Shown: positions 1 to 13,861, numbered from the whole stretch's first letter. The stretch: DNA of 56,527 nt, filler included, from Sphacelaria rigidula (GCA_964200075.2; 6 parts of 6 records of this genome joined end to end with filler, not necessarily neighbours in it); one strand, 5' to 3'. The notes: generated by a model not told the origin, from the letters alone. Numbers and translations are program-made.

Positions 1-303
1 ATACGGCATAACTGCTTGCGCGTCATGGCGAGTCGACTCGTATAAATCTTGATTTGTCCTAACCGTGCTTCATTTCTTCTGTAGACAGGTGTCGATGCGC
101 ACTTTCTCGAAATGTAGTGCCCAAAATCGGCCCCTATTCACCTCCATAGCTATTGTGGCGGGGCGAGTCACGTGCGGTGTTCGATGTTGCCAGCGGCAGC
201 CTGACGGTGAAGGAATGTTACCAGCTGATCACAACGCACTTTCCACACATATTTTTAGTCATAATTGTCAGCATACGTCAGCGTGAAGTGAGAAAAAATC
301 GAG

Positions 304-571
304 TAACAGCAGTACCTGGCTGTATACCAGTGCTGGACTGTACCGTACAGTATAGCGAGAGACGGCGGTCACTCTTATGCTGTAGCTGGCGTTAGTGGCG
401 AGGTTAAGGTAGGATAAACAAACACAGAAGTGATCTTCATTATTTCATACACAGATTCTCGACCTACCTTCCTCTGCGGTTACAGGATGAAAACAAGCCT
501 TGACAATACTGCATCAAACCCATGCGGTAGAGTATATTTGTGATCGTTCTTGTTCCACAAATACTCCAACA
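304..571 (-). repeat. 3' LTR of copia element 1
   Basis: Aligns by eye with 3475-3725 (cagcagtacctggctgtata...gtcactctta(t/c)gctgtagctggcgt...acaaatactccaaca). Confidence 0.88.
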
Positions 572-1896
572 TGTCCTCTCACGAACTACGTCATTCTCCT
601 TTCGATGCGTATGGCCCGAAATTCTCACAGTGTCCTCTCAAAACAGTATGAATCGCTGTCCTCTCGAAACAATATTCTCTAAACGTTTCCATCTACACGA
701 ATCTGCCGCACTTCGTACGTCCAAAACTTGAAGCCTGATTTTGAAAAGGGGAGGTGTTGACACTCGTAGCATGCACGCGCGTTCTTCCAAAACTCACGTA
801 GTCTCGTTCTCGCGCGGCGATGACAACTACAGATCCCCCATTCGGTTACTTGACGACCCCTCCCATCGTAGACTACATCCTTCCTTTTGGCCACCTGCTA
901 GGTCTGCATTAATTCTCGCTTCCAAAGGGAGCGCGTGATTGATTGGTTGTCATTGGAACTTTTTGTAGTAAGCTCGCTCCTCTCCAGCGACATTGTTCGT
1001 GGTGTCGTCTCCAGTTCTATAGTTGAAGAGATCCCGTAGCAGGCATGCGAAATTTCATGTCCTCTGGTGACAAAGCTGTCACTCGCTGTAAGCTGCACAA
1101 GCTTCACTTTTCACTCGTTACTTCAGTCAGGTTCAGTATCACCCGCGTCCAATATGATCTTCGACAAAACCTCTCCTCCCTTAGGCTGCTCGATTCCTGG
1201 CTTGAATTTCTTCTGGGGTCAGAAAACAGATCACACCCTAACCCTAGGCGATCCAGGTCTTCTCGAAGCCTCCTCAGGGTTGGGTGTGTTGTCACACCCC
1301 CCTCGTTCCCGAAACCGGAACGAATCCTCCTCCTCACCCAGTATTATATTTAATGCAAACATCCTCGAAACTTACGTTGAAATGGGAAACACGTGCGTGT
1401 TGATGTGTAGAGTAGGAGAGGTCGAAAGTTGATCACACTTCGCCCTACTTCGGCCATTGCTCAGACCGAAAATAGGTCAGCTCCTAAGTTGTGAACTATC
1501 CTTGCCTCCATCTTGGTGGGCACTAGCTTACCTTGAATATTTCTTCAAATAATAACCGAGCAGGTCTTCCTTGGTCGCACTCAACGTGCCACACGCTCCC
1601 GTGACCTGTACGTTGCAGTCGATCTTGTCAATCACATGTTCAGACACTCGAGACCCTGAGCTCACCATGTTTCCCGAGGCTATTCTCTCTACGAAGAACA
1701 CTGCTTCTCCAACTTCCTCTTTTCCCGCAAATTTCCCCGTCTTGGTCTCCGTCACACTAGGGATCGCAGATGTTGTAAGCCTAGTAAGCTCTCCGTGCAC
1801 TGTTTGTACCTGCGGACATTTGAGATTCCTTCGTGCCGTGACACCATCACCTGCATTTCGTCATCTGTAGGGTAACTCAAGTGTAAAAATTCTGGC

Positions 1897-2180
1897 GAGC
1901 TCAAGCTATACTTCTTCTTCAGACTTCTTCTGCGCCCGCACGCAAGGGACAGCAAGCTCACTAGGCATCGGTTGTCCACCTGTATTCTGCACCTGTACGT
2001 GATTGGCAGCGAGCTCATCTGGCATCGCTGCTGCAGGCACAATCGGCACTTGCTTGTGGATGGCAGTGAGCTCATGTGTCATCGCTGCTGCTGGCATTAT
2101 CTGCACCTGCATGTTTGGTGCAAAAACCGCATTTGGCTGCGTTGCAGCAAGGACAATCGTCGCCTGCTTGTTGTCTCATA
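1897..2180 (-). repeat. 57-bp (19-aa) degenerate tandem repeat inside the copia gag-pol region
   Basis: (g/a)agctc recurs at 1897, 1954, 2011 and 2068; translation gives repeats such as VPAAAMPDELAANHVQVQ and MPAAAMTHELTAIHKQVP. Confidence 0.7.
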
Positions 2181-3474
2181 GACGATCTTGAAGCTCTCGA
2201 GGTTCCTCGTCTCGGCGTCCTGTGCTCGTGCGTACCACGCGTGCAAAATAGTCTCATTTGTGGCGTTCACCTGTGGATTTGCGCCCTGGTGCTGATTTTC
2301 GTATTCATCATCTTGCTGGTCTTGGGATTCGGGTGACAAACGTAGCTGGCAATATCCACACCCGTGCTCGGTGGATTTGTTACAGTAACGGTATCGTCCT
2401 TGGCGGTTCCGTCCAATATTCTGACCATGTCCCCGACGTCTACGCCCAGAAACTCGGTTGTCACCACTTCTTCGGCTTGCATCTTGTACGCTACTTGCTT
2501 TGCTTCCACCAGTCGAGTTCCCGTTGGAGTAAGAGTTGTTGAAACCTTCATTTTCTTTGTTACCGTTTGACGGCGATTTGTTGTTGCGGTTCGACCAGTT
2601 GCTCGTATCTCCATCCCGCCACGTCCTTGTACTTGTCTACGTCCACCTTGCCTGCGGAAACCATGTTCCACTTCGTTTACGACTATGTTTAGGGCATCGG
2701 TCGTGACTACCTTTACCATCATTATCAGGAATACTCTTTCCGCGGATTTGCATTGCATGATATGACGTCGCACGATTGACGACATCCTCGAAATCCAAGA
2801 CAGCACCACAATCACGCGGCCTTTCGCGCGTCAACACGGTCTTGAATGAACTGTAGTGTTTGTCTGGGAGCGCTTTGAGAAATGCGTGTTCTCCTAGCTG
2901 CAACTACTTTGTCGCCGAGAGCTTCAAGCTCAACGCATATGCGGCGCAACTCCTGAGTTGCTCGAGCGGGACCAGAGTTATCGGCAGCCGTTACCGCTAG
3001 AGATCCAAACTGACCGTGAAGCCCCTGCATACGAAAAGTATCATCGACCCGGAATTTCGACTCGAGGACAACCACAGCCTTTCGTCTTTTTCCAAACTCC
3101 TCGGACCCGAGAGGAACATACGCTTGGACGACCAGGGATGCGACGCTAGAGCAAGCTTCGGGGCAGTCGGATGTCGCTAAAAGCAGACGAGTGTAGTGTT
3201 TGCCGTTTTTCGTCAAGCGCATTTACCAATAGCCCGTGTTGTACAATATCCTTAGCGGAAGCACCGACTCCCAAGCAGCTGGAGCAGTCTCCGTGTTAGA
3301 CATTATCTTCCCCAAGCCGTCTTCGTACATGAGGCATCGCTTGAACGCCATCCACCCATGAAAATGTGCCGGATTCCTGCTAAACGGCGCGTACCCTTTC
3401 CGGATATATTTGGTGGCTTAAGAGGACGCCATGTGACTCGATATGTAGTTTACTTTCTCCGTCGGCTCATAACC

Positions 3475-3725
3475 TGACAGCAGTACCTGGCTGTATAATA
3501 GTGGTTGGCTGCATGGTGAGAAACAACAGTCACTCTTACGCTGTAGCTGGCGTCGGTGGCAGTGTCAAGGTTGGGTAAATACACCCGATGATTTATTCTA
3601 TTCTACATGTTCCCGAGCAGCCTTCCTTAGTGGTTACAGTACGGAAACAAGCCCTCACAGAACTGCATCGAACTCATGCGATAGAATATATTTGTAGTCG
3701 TTCTTGTACGACAAATACTCCAACA
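3475..3725 (-). repeat. 5' LTR of copia element 1
   Basis: TG...CA termini, adjacent PBS, TSD TCGAG. Confidence 0.88.
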
Positions 3726-6353
3726 TCGAGCAATAACCCTGAATCCTCTGAACGCCTGAACCCCTGGTTGGGCGCTAAACGGACGGGGTTGTAAAAGAGA
3801 TACGGAATGGTGCTTGAAATGGAGAGACACTGAGCCTCCTTGAAGAGGCCGTTGCCACGCGTGGGTTGCACGTCACAGCTTGGCTATTCGTGCATAACCC
3901 GCGGCCAGCAGAATATTGCCGCCCCAGAACATCACACCAGCGACGGTAATCGCGCCAGCAGTACATGTGGTCATACCTGTACATGTATGAAGATGTAGAG
4001 GAACATTGCATTGTCACCGAAGTCTCACGCTCCTTGAACTATTGCGAAAGGTTGTTGCACGCCAGTGAGCTCATTTTTCACAAATATTTCGCAAAACTGC
4101 TTCTAAGCGCACATGACCATTATTTTGCGTCAACGTACGCCTCAAATAAACATCGTCCGACCACTCGCGGGACTACCCTAGGACAAACTAATAAAACAAA
4201 AACTACGGGTCTTCTAAGGGTCGAGACCATATATTTTGGGAAAAAAAGCGTCGACCGTGCTGAGCTTTTTCGTGACACGTGTTCGACGGGACATGGACAA
4301 GAGATATGATGGGCGCGCGCATGTTTTTTTTGTACTGAGTGGTTAGATGCGTAATTCTTGAACGTCTCTTGAGGGTTTCTGTTACTGTAGTCCCAAAATC
4401 TGAGTGACTGATTTCATCTTTCAATTCATGGAAGTACGACACAAAGAATGACGTGTGCCGGTGGTGAAGGCACGGAACAGTTCTAGTCCCGCGTGATGGC
4501 CGCGCAGCCTAACCCCTGCTCAGCCACACGCACACAAGGCTATTGTCGCCGTAGTCCATCAAGTGTTTCATGAACTACGAAAACTTGCGTCGGCGCCAAC
4601 AATTGCTGCGGTAGAGTTTTTATTCCGGCTACGAGGATCAACCGTGATATTGTCAACGTACTGTACCAGTGCACTGTACCAGTGCGCTGTACCGTGCGCT
4701 ACCGCAACGCTACTTTTTAGTTCATGTCGCGCGCAAACCTCCCGCGGCTCCTTCGAGAGCTCGAAACAAGAGGTTCATTGCTTGCGGTGACGACCCCACC
4801 AGCCACGACAGTGTACAATGTCTACTGCTGCTGCCATTGCCCTTCGTGTATCTCTGATCATCGGTGCAGGGGGGTATGTGATCCGCGCTCCGTCAGCGTG
4901 TTAGTTGATGAAAACAGCAGCAGCAGTCGAGCTATGATTACGCGAAGGCTCGAAGTATGAAGGCTCGCCACTTTCGAATGTCACAATTCATCTCCAACCA
5001 AAGTCGGTAGTGGCTCTAACGTCCATGATTCTCGGGCCAATGTCCTGTCGCATGCCAAAACCCGGTACTTTCGTTCGTTATTTTCGGTCTCATGAGGTTA
5101 CAACATGAAACAATTTCCCCCAAAGAGACGAAAAACATGGAAAGCACTTTCGTTTCCATAGGAAGTAGTCTATATCCTTGGCAGTAGATCACTTATTTTT
5201 TCGGCTGCAAGAGCACTCGTGTAAAAACTCAAGCCTTTGATACTTCCGAAAGTATTTCCTCCAGCGTTTGAGCCAGACGCAGTGCTATTTCTTAGATGCC
5301 CATGGTTGCGGAAGAAGGAAAAAAAATAGCCTAAAACCACATACGCAAACCCCGGTGTCCGCCCAGTTACATTTAACAGTTGTATCCTCGGGGTGGATTG
5401 TGTCCAATCGTATCGTTTTATCTCAGTCGCTACTATGAAGCTTTCACGAAAAATCGTTACTTTTGATGATATCAGTTCCCCAGCACACCACATCGCCCCA
5501 GCAAGGGCTGCGTTGTGCTCTTTACACGCCGAATATCGCGAGCAAATGGAATAGTCAACCTTCGGCTAAGGCTGGTTGTTCTCACAGAATTTTCCGCGTG
5601 TTGAACGTGATCTGGGCCTTTGACAGCGAGTACTGGGCCACATGCATTTCATCGTCACTCACATGTTGTTTGTCGTACGATCCATGGTCTTGTTCGCGCA
5701 GCCATGGAGACGTCGGTGATTGTTGGCATGTTGAAAGCATATCGGAAGAGGAAGCACGTGTTTGTCGAAGTGATGTCTCGTTTGGCGCGGCACACTGTGT
5801 GTGTAACGCTATCGCTGGATGTCGATGATGGTGGGTGTACGCTCGAAGGAGACTACTGCCCAGGGCCGTATCACCTTATGTACCAATCTGTGCCGCTTGA
5901 CGTATTTGTATGCATGTACAAGATACCGGGTTTATCAACGATGTGCGCCATCTTCACCTTTTCCACGCGTGGGCGTTGCTGAAAATCACTCACTCTGGCG
6001 TGAATGTATGATGAAAAATGGGTAAATAGTAAAAACCGCCTGCACGAAGAAAGATATATAGAAGTATCCCACCGCAGAGATAATCAGTACCGAAATGGAT
6101 AAGTGATGTATTGAGACACGCGGCCGCCGATAGGCTACCTGAGCGGTCGAAAGGGCCAAGTGCAGAGTAGGCGGCAAGAAAAGTTACTTCACAACCGCAC
6201 GACAACTTTTTCCCTCATGCACACTCGATATGATCAGTATCGTGCCCATAAACATGTTCCACTGAGATTATCTACCTTCGAGTGTCTTCGTCTCTCGCAC
6301 ATGTATCTTACCCGCAGATATCTGTTGAAAGGTGCGACCTGAAAACTCTACAG

Positions 6354-6540
6354 GTTATAGGCCTCAAGGACGTGCGCATGGATTCCAGTACAAAAACCCT
6401 CTACATTGTTATGGAGCTGATGGAGTGCGACCTGCAACAAGTGCTGGCCTCGGACCAAGTCATGACGACGCAACATGTGAAAGTGCTGCTCAAGCAGCTC
6501 CTTCTGGGAGTCCAGGCGATGCACGTCCGTGGAGTTATAC
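6354..6540 (+). CDS. MAP kinase exon (subdomains IV-VIa): VIGLKDVRMDSSTKTLYIVMELMECDLQQVLASDQVMTTQHVKVLLKQLLLGVQAMHVRGVI(H)
   Basis: ctacag acceptor and gtgagt donor; LYIVMELMECDL motif; phase-1 join to 7599 gives HRDLKP. Confidence 0.88.
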
Positions 6541-7598
6541 GTGAGTGCCGTGAATGTTGCATGTGGATGGTCGTTCCCACGTTAGTCGTCGTTGTCACTA
6601 CGTAGCTTAGCGCCTGAACTCGAAACGCGGGTGTTGGGCTACTGGCACATGTGAGGTCGAGGCCGCCCCAACAAAGCTGGGCCTTTCCAGGAAGGTCTCG
6701 AGCTCTCGATTCCTAGATTTTATTTCTCTAGGGTTCCCGAAGATGAAACACTGCTCCTTTGGGATGATTTTAAGTTTCACGATTATCGTTGTTTACCATG
6801 GGCGATGTTTTGACTGCAAAATTGGGGAATAATGTCAGTACGCTGTGCAATTCACGGGATAGGTGTCGTTCTCACCAGTACTTCTGAACGAGTTACGAGA
6901 CTTTTATCGGCCATCGGAAGTCCCGCCTACCCGTAGATCCAAGTGCTGTTTTTTTTAATATATATATTCGGCTGATCGAACTCGTACTAATTTGGGGTTT
7001 CATTTTCAGCGTCAAGCTAGTCGTTGGACTGCAGTCGGCTATCCATGCTTCCGGAATAAAATGCGGTGGGCAATATCCATCCAACAAGCACGTTTGTTTT
7101 TTTTCCTTCCTTGACGGAAAGAGGAAACCTCACCCAACACTTACCCTGCGAACGGGTTCGTGTTCCGATTACCCGGAGACTCGGCTACACCGCCTCGCGG
7201 CAGTCATGTGGGGTAGGCGCCTCTAGCGTTCGGAAAGCTTTGCTCCAGGCAGTGCGGGATTTGAGCCGACTGAACCCTCCTGTGAACTGCACGCGCCGCC
7301 CTACTCTCATGAGCTTCGGCCCCAGACAACGAATACGTTGCGCTCCCTCCTCCCCCCAAAACACGGAAGTGGGACATGTTTTCTTATAACGATCCACCTG
7401 TTATATCAATGCCCGCCAGTGTCGGAATCTTGGAGTGCAGATGAAGAATATTCGACGAAAAAGAGCAGGACAGACTTCGATTAAGTTGACCTGTGGCTAC
7501 GTATCAGCTCTAAGATAGCGAGAACAGTAGAGTGCTGGTCCCGGCAGCCCAGCAACACTCGCGCAAACTTGTCCTGGCGCACGCCCATTTTTTAACAG

Positions 7599-7742
7599 AT
7601 CGAGACCTCAAGCCGGAGAACGTTCTGTTACTAAGTGATTGCCAGCTCCGCATTACTGACTTCGGGCTATCTCGACAGGTGCAGCGACTGCCAACGGAAG
7701 AGCAGAAAGCCAAACAAATGAACAGCGTCCACTTGACTGAAT
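7599..7742 (+). CDS. MAP kinase exon: (H)RDLKPENVLLLSDCQLRITDFGLSR...HLTE(Y)
   Basis: ttttaacag acceptor and gtgagc donor; HRDLKPEN catalytic loop and DFG motif. Confidence 0.92.
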
Positions 7743-8106
7743 GTGAGCAAGCGCCTGTTCACGTGCGTGTGATCGGATGCGCCACGGTCAGCTAGGAGAG
7801 CCAAGGACTTGTGGCGAGTTTGTTCGATAGCTTGTATTTTCTTCCGCCGAAGTGATGTTGTTGTAGTCGCCTAGTACAAGATTGGTTGAGAATCTCTGTG
7901 CGAAAATAAACTTGCATAGCGGTGTGACAACATTTGCATTACAAGGTCAACGCCACGTACCATTCTACGCAATATGTTGGCTCCAACTAATTACCTCGGC
8001 ACTGCTGATTATGAAACGTCTGGGTGCTCGAGAGTATCTTGAGTAATTTCACATGAGCTACGCAATCCAGTAGACGGTCAAACATCTGGAATGCCTCCCG
8101 TGATGA

Positions 8107-8352
<246 letters not shown>

Positions 8353-9242
8353 TGATAGAGCGTGCGCGATCGTGTTTTCAACGAAGATTTCGGCATTTCC
8401 CTCCGCATATTTCGTTCCCTCAGCCTGCTGTAGTCGGTTTATTGACCGGTTCACTAACACCTTCTGCTGTTACAGATGGTGTGATCCTGAATGACGATAC
8501 GGTGGACGTTTTCACATCAAGTGATGACTTTGGTCCAACTAGAAGAACTTGTACTACCCATCGCAGTAGGAACGAGGAGCATTAGAACCTACGATATAGC
8601 ATATGCTCCATATCTCTTGAGTGGAGTAACTCATATCCAGGAAAGTTTATAGTCCACGCTGAGAATATGTATGTGCTTTGTTTTTCGAATCCTACACGGT
8701 TTTGAGGTTGATCCACCAGGATACGAGTGAAAACGTTCTACAGGTGAACCGGGAAATATTTTATATTGGGTTTCATAGCAATTTGTTTCTGCCGACCTAG
8801 CATGTAATTGTGGATCACCTATATCCCAGAAGGCGTCGTCTTCAGTTATGTAAGTGGTGGTCGTTGGGATCGAATACACAATCCCCATGTTACGGTATTC
8901 TAACAGGTACGTCTAGTACATTGTAGGTGGTATGTGTAGCGTGGAGCATCGTTGGCGTTGTGCATATAATAGTATCGCTCTGTCCCAACATCTAGTAAAC
9001 GTCACAGTATATTATACTCTTGTTGACGCCGCGCTACGATGAAAAATAGCACTCAATGCGACCGCGCCTTGGTCGTCTGACTGGCACATCTGAAAACCCA
9101 TTCAGGGGAAATTGAGGGTTCAAATCCCGGCAGATATGGTATTCTTCTGCGGAGAATATGATTTCCTTGGTTGAAAACGTGGGGATGTGAGTGGCAGAGC
9201 GAAAATTTGACGAAAGTCTACGCGGTGCAGGAGTGCTGATCC

Positions 9243-9339
9243 AACCCGCGATACCAGAATGTCAGGCATGTACCAGGGGGTGTACTCATGATCATGCATG
9301 CCATAGTCATAAGACCATTGACTTCGCATCCCTACAATG
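9243..9339 (+). repeat. Fragment of SINE-like family A, at the contig end
   Basis: ccgcgatacca...gggtgtactcatgatcatgcatgccatagtcataagacc...tcgcatccctacaa matches 51945-52090. Confidence 0.75.
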
Positions 9340-9439
9340 NNNNNNNNNNNNNNNNNNNNNNNNNNNNNNNNNNNNNNNNNNNNTTAATTAATTAANNNNN
9401 NNNNNNNNNNNNNNNNNNNNNNNNNNNNNNNNNNNNNNN
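9340..9439. other. Artificial contig spacer (N44-TTAATTAATTAA-N44)
   Basis: The same 100-bp spacer, with stops in all six frames, recurs at 18779-18878, 28217-28316, 37654-37753 and 47091-47190. Confidence 0.97.
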
Positions 9440-12400
9440 AGGGTGCTACACTGTTCCCTCGGTTGCCCTGCACAACACAGACGAAACACAACTACCCAAA
9501 GCAAATCCACCACTACAGAACACACATTCATCGGCGGGCGTACCTTCCAGTTAGTGACGATGCGCCCTAGCGCAGGCTCCAGGTTGTTCGTCATACTCAG
9601 CTGTCGTGCGTCAGGCAGGGCAAACACCACTGCTGAGGGAGAGAAAGTGGGCAAGAGACGAAACAGCAGACCAGTGCAAGGGTGAAGCACTTCGCTGTTC
9701 TAGTAGACGGAGCCCATCTGTTCCGTGGTCGCTCGTCCAACGTGCTAGGGAACGTTCCGCCGCTTCCGACTACGGGGTGAGTGACCGGCCACAGGCGACG
9801 TGTACCGTACGGTCGCCGAAAAAGTGTCGGCTTGTGGATGTTTCCCAAACGCGACTATATCCAACACCACGGCACCACTAGCGACAAAAGGTGTGTCAAA
9901 CCCAGGTCTCCCGCAGGAAGCTACAACTCGTCGTCAGTGAGACATTTGTTTTCGCGACAGCCACGTTTGAACAACGTCAGCTCCTGGATGCATTCGGGAC
10001 AATGTTGCAGAATATGACAACAAGGCAAAGGGCGCGCACAAGCTGGGTTCCACTCACCCAAACATAACAACGATGGCTCGCCAGAAACCTCTCCCAAACT
10101 TCACCATCCGACATGTCACGTGAACGTTCAACACGTTCTCGGATGGGGAAAATACATGCCATTCGTTTCTACTCGTTTTCCTGATTCAATTCCCAGTGAT
10201 TCGAGTTCTCGGTATGCCGGGTCATCTCAAGTTGATGGCTAACATACCATCACGTGAACCCGAAGGGGAAAAGCGAAAAGTAGCGAGAGCCCATGTTGCA
10301 GATGCGCGTAGATGTGTGGATTTTCAGGCGAAAACAAAACGGTAGCGAGGGAGTCCTCCCGTCCCGTCGTCCTTTTGGTGACGAGAAAAATGTTCCGTCT
10401 CGTCGTTTATTTGGCGACAGAAAAACGGTCCCATCACATGCCGTCCTCACGGGAAAATTCAGACGTTTTTCACAGGTATTTGCGTCAGAATGGACGAGCG
10501 TCAACGGAAGGGAAAATGCTGTTCAGTCTGAAGGAAGCATGGACGTATATTGTCATATCTGCACATGTGGGACGTGGAACATGTTGTTATATTGACTTTC
10601 GGACTACGGTTCCTCCCACAACACCATTCGTACAGTTCACATGATCGGATAGACGGTCATGACCATCACAAGTTAATTATGATTGTCTGAGCCGTCGTAT
10701 CCCATGGCACATTGTGAAATGGATACCGCACACGACGGTATGCATGACCCCACGTCATGAGGGTTTTCGGACCCGATACGGTATCACTCTGGGGTGCCGT
10801 GTAATATTGGACAGCACTGTAGACAGACACCATGATACCCTACATCGCCGAAAACGTGCCACCCGCGGGAGCTCTTCGAACAGTAAGATGTGCTGCGTAC
10901 CTGTTACATACACCTTTGTCTACTGCATGAAGGCTTGGGGAGAAGAACGGACTCTTCACAACAACAGTCCAGCGGCCGGGGAATGATTTCATGATCGGAT
11001 GTAGACCAGTCTTTATGCATTTCTCCCTCGATCGATTTTAATGTCAACAGCCATCTGGAGCCCGTGAGTGTGTGGAGGCTTGCACGTTTGGAGAGATATA
11101 GCCATCCCTGAACCACCACGTACCGCCGCAGTAAGGCCCTCCCCTTGAGCTATCGGAGGACATCATGCCGAGGGCGTCTTGTGGTGTTTGGTACAGCCAA
11201 CTCGTCGTCGCAGAATACTACCGTGTATCTCTGGCCCCACCAAAACTTCGGATGCAAGGCAAGCATGTCGTTGTCCCTGGGTGCCTCAACGAACACCTAG
11301 ATCCGACCCAGCACATTTGCGACTCCTAGCGGCTCACCTGCGGCCTAGCTGATACTCGGCGTACACGTACAACCGGTGCATGCTTCGTCATACTCCCAAG
11401 CTTCCCCCGCTTTTAGTCCTCCTTTGCCTCATCCTTGTCCAGATGTGGGGGTTGGCGACGTCGCGACGTCTCTGGCAATAAGGACAACACAAATACCAAC
11501 GAGAAACGACAGCACGCCCGAGTGCATGTCAGTGCGTGAGAGGAACGTTACAAACCAAAACAGACGCTGTGGCAGCAGTTGAGGCGCTGCTCGATTTTCC
11601 AACAGTCACCGACCAGGCGACTGTTTCCGAACACCTCCGCGGCACTGTCAACAGTGGCCTCTGAACAATATCGCTGTAATAATGACCGCGATCGGGGTGC
11701 GGAAGTACACTCAGCAATCAAACCTTCGCTCGCACCTCTTTACTTGTCGCAAACGTTGATTGCTGGACTCCCGACAGGATAACAAAAACAACCGGGGGCA
11801 ACAAGCACCAACCATGACCTACGACCTCTGACATGACCTCGTTCTTAGCCGAGTCCGAAACATCGAGGTTGAAACAGCACAGATCATTGACTACACGCTC
11901 ACCGTTCAGTCCATGGCGAACAGCAGATCACACGCTCAAGGTTGCTCACCGAGCCCGCTGCCGCCCCATGCAGGGAAAAACCGCTGCTGCACTGCGAAAT
12001 TCAGGCACACGGTGAGAACAAAGCACCGGTCGATAGGTTGCACAATATAACAGGCTCACAACCGACCTGTATCCGGTACTAAAGCCGTACATGGTATGGT
12101 GAGTAGGACTGAACTTGCCTCAAAAATCAAGTTCACTTCGCTCCTGCTTTTGTGTCCTTCTCTACAGCATTGTGCCGCGTTTCAGTAGTACATTCAACAG
12201 GTTTGAAGGCAGAATATGAGATGCACCTGGTGACGATAGCGCCTTGGCCAGAATCGACGGAGATCAGAGAATTGCAGCCATCAGACAACGCAGCATGTAT
12301 CGCGCACGCAAATACGTACTGCGCTCGTGGCCAATGAATCAAAAACAGCACTCTTACACAACACAGTCTGCGTTTTCGACTTTTCCATCTCCACAGCACA

Positions 12401-13450
12401 ACCTTCAAAACCAGCGCATGGAACCACTTCAGCTGAAACGCCTGAAAAAACACGCGGAGCGTCTTACGGCGGAGTATGGACAAGTTCTTCAGATCAAGTC
12501 ACTTCGTTGAAGATCATGGTGCCAGACGCTAGGCGTCACTTCTCGTACACTGGGTGTCATCCTGAACAGGGTTCCAGTGGGTGTTCGCCCAAGTGGATGC
12601 CATTCCCATGCACCTTGCCAGGGCACACTGCACTGAGTTGGGCTCCAACAACACGTGCTACTTGAAAAGTGTGCTCCACAACGCGCCCTGTTGTCGGGTG
12701 CAAACTCAGGGCTTTGGTTGAGGGGTAGAGACCGATTCGGGTTGGGCTAACCAACGCGCGAAATATGCAACGTGCATACTACGACAACACAGGCGCGTAG
12801 AACTGGCCTGTATTCCAGGCTCGAACAACTTCTGATGTACACGCCCGTGACCGACCTCATCTCAGCTATGCACGCCTACCGCAGAGTACTGTATAAAGCG
12901 ATGGACAACTCTTACCGGCGGCCTGGCGCGCCTCTCACGATTTCCAGCAACCCGTGCGTGATAGCCATGTCGAACGTCTGCCGTCAGTCCCCGCTTGGCT
13001 CTTCACGCGCACCTAGCCGAGGGGAACTCACTCCATCGTCCATGCCGTCACCCCACACCTCCATCCAACACAGACGAAGTTCTGGCCGCACAGCAAGGCA
13101 ACAAGCAAAACAACTTTCTCACAGGCGCGCGGGAACACACAAATGTATTCGGACACAAGATCAAAATGACGCTTCACCCTCAATATCCTGTCTACTCGTT
13201 CACCAAAACTTCCCACGGTCAAAGTTGCTCACCAATTACGGTTTATCATCACTGGGCCCACCGGAAAGTCTTTTTGATCACCCCAGGAAAGACGTACGAG
13301 TTAACTCAATCGACAACCTCCTCAATACTCCACAGTATCGCGTGATTGCACGGTTTGAGTACGCGCGTGCGTGTATGACTTCCTATCCTAGCCGTTCCGG
13401 TACCTCGGGTGTGAAAAGGTTCGACCATCGAGGAGTATACAACAACTAAA
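9440..13450 (+). pseudogene. Possible decayed Mutator-like (MULE) transposase region with a downstream cysteine-protease-like remnant
   Basis: Fragments only: SCRASGR...KRRNSR..QCK near 9600-9685 (WRKY/FAR1-like), RVILDSTVDRHHDTL near 10797-10842 (first-D-like motif) and SNNTCYLKSVL near 12644-12676 (Cys-box-like). Many stops and frameshifts. Confidence 0.3.
10245..10790. repeat. Probable non-autonomous insertion rich in ccgtc(c/t)cgtcgt motifs
   Basis: Repeated ccgtcccgtcgtc...ttggtgacgagaaaaa / ttggcgacagaaaaa units; termini not resolved. Confidence 0.35.
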
Positions 13451-13861
13451 ATTTTACAGGCGGAGAGGGGCTACCTCCGCGCGGTTCATTCCAACCGCAT
13501 GCACCTCACCTCCTTGATCCCGACTGGTTGTTCGCGGTTACCGTGAAACTTTTGTTCCGCAATAACTCACCACTCAACTACCGTAGTCGCCTCAGCCTAG
13601 TACTTAATGTGGACTCATTGCCCGTAGGCCTCCATGCCGCCCTGTGATCCATTATGTTGAGAGTTCTGCATATCCTCACCTCCACGTGATATACCCGCTG
13701 AAACAGTAGACTCTCTTCCCGGTGCAGACCTCTCTTACAGCTCACGCTTCCTCGCCGTCCATGTACCCGAATTGTTCCGTTTTGGTGTGCTTTCCCCCGC
13801 CCCCGTGCCTTAGCACGGGGGAGGGGGGTTACCGGCGGCAGCAGCGGATCCTGATCCACCG

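Larger units (their letters stand above)
304..3725 (-). mobile_element. Ty1/copia LTR retrotransposon, decayed and internally deleted (gag/protease remnants, no recognisable RT/RNase H)
   Basis: Diverged direct LTRs at 304-571 and 3475-3725; on the minus strand they read TGTTGGAGTATTTG...TGTCA/TGTTA. Identical 5-bp TSD TCGAG at 299-303 and 3726-3730. PBS-like GGTTATGAGCC directly after the 5' LTR (3474-3464). Gag-like ORF remnants from the ATG at 3432, a CCHC-like knuckle near 2330-2400 and a degenerate protease motif FFVERIASGNMV near 1665-1700. Confidence 0.88.

Noticed and set aside
9384..9395. TTAATTAATTAA recurring about every 9.44 kb, like a periodic element
   Set aside because: Synthetic six-frame-stop linker embedded in N runs.
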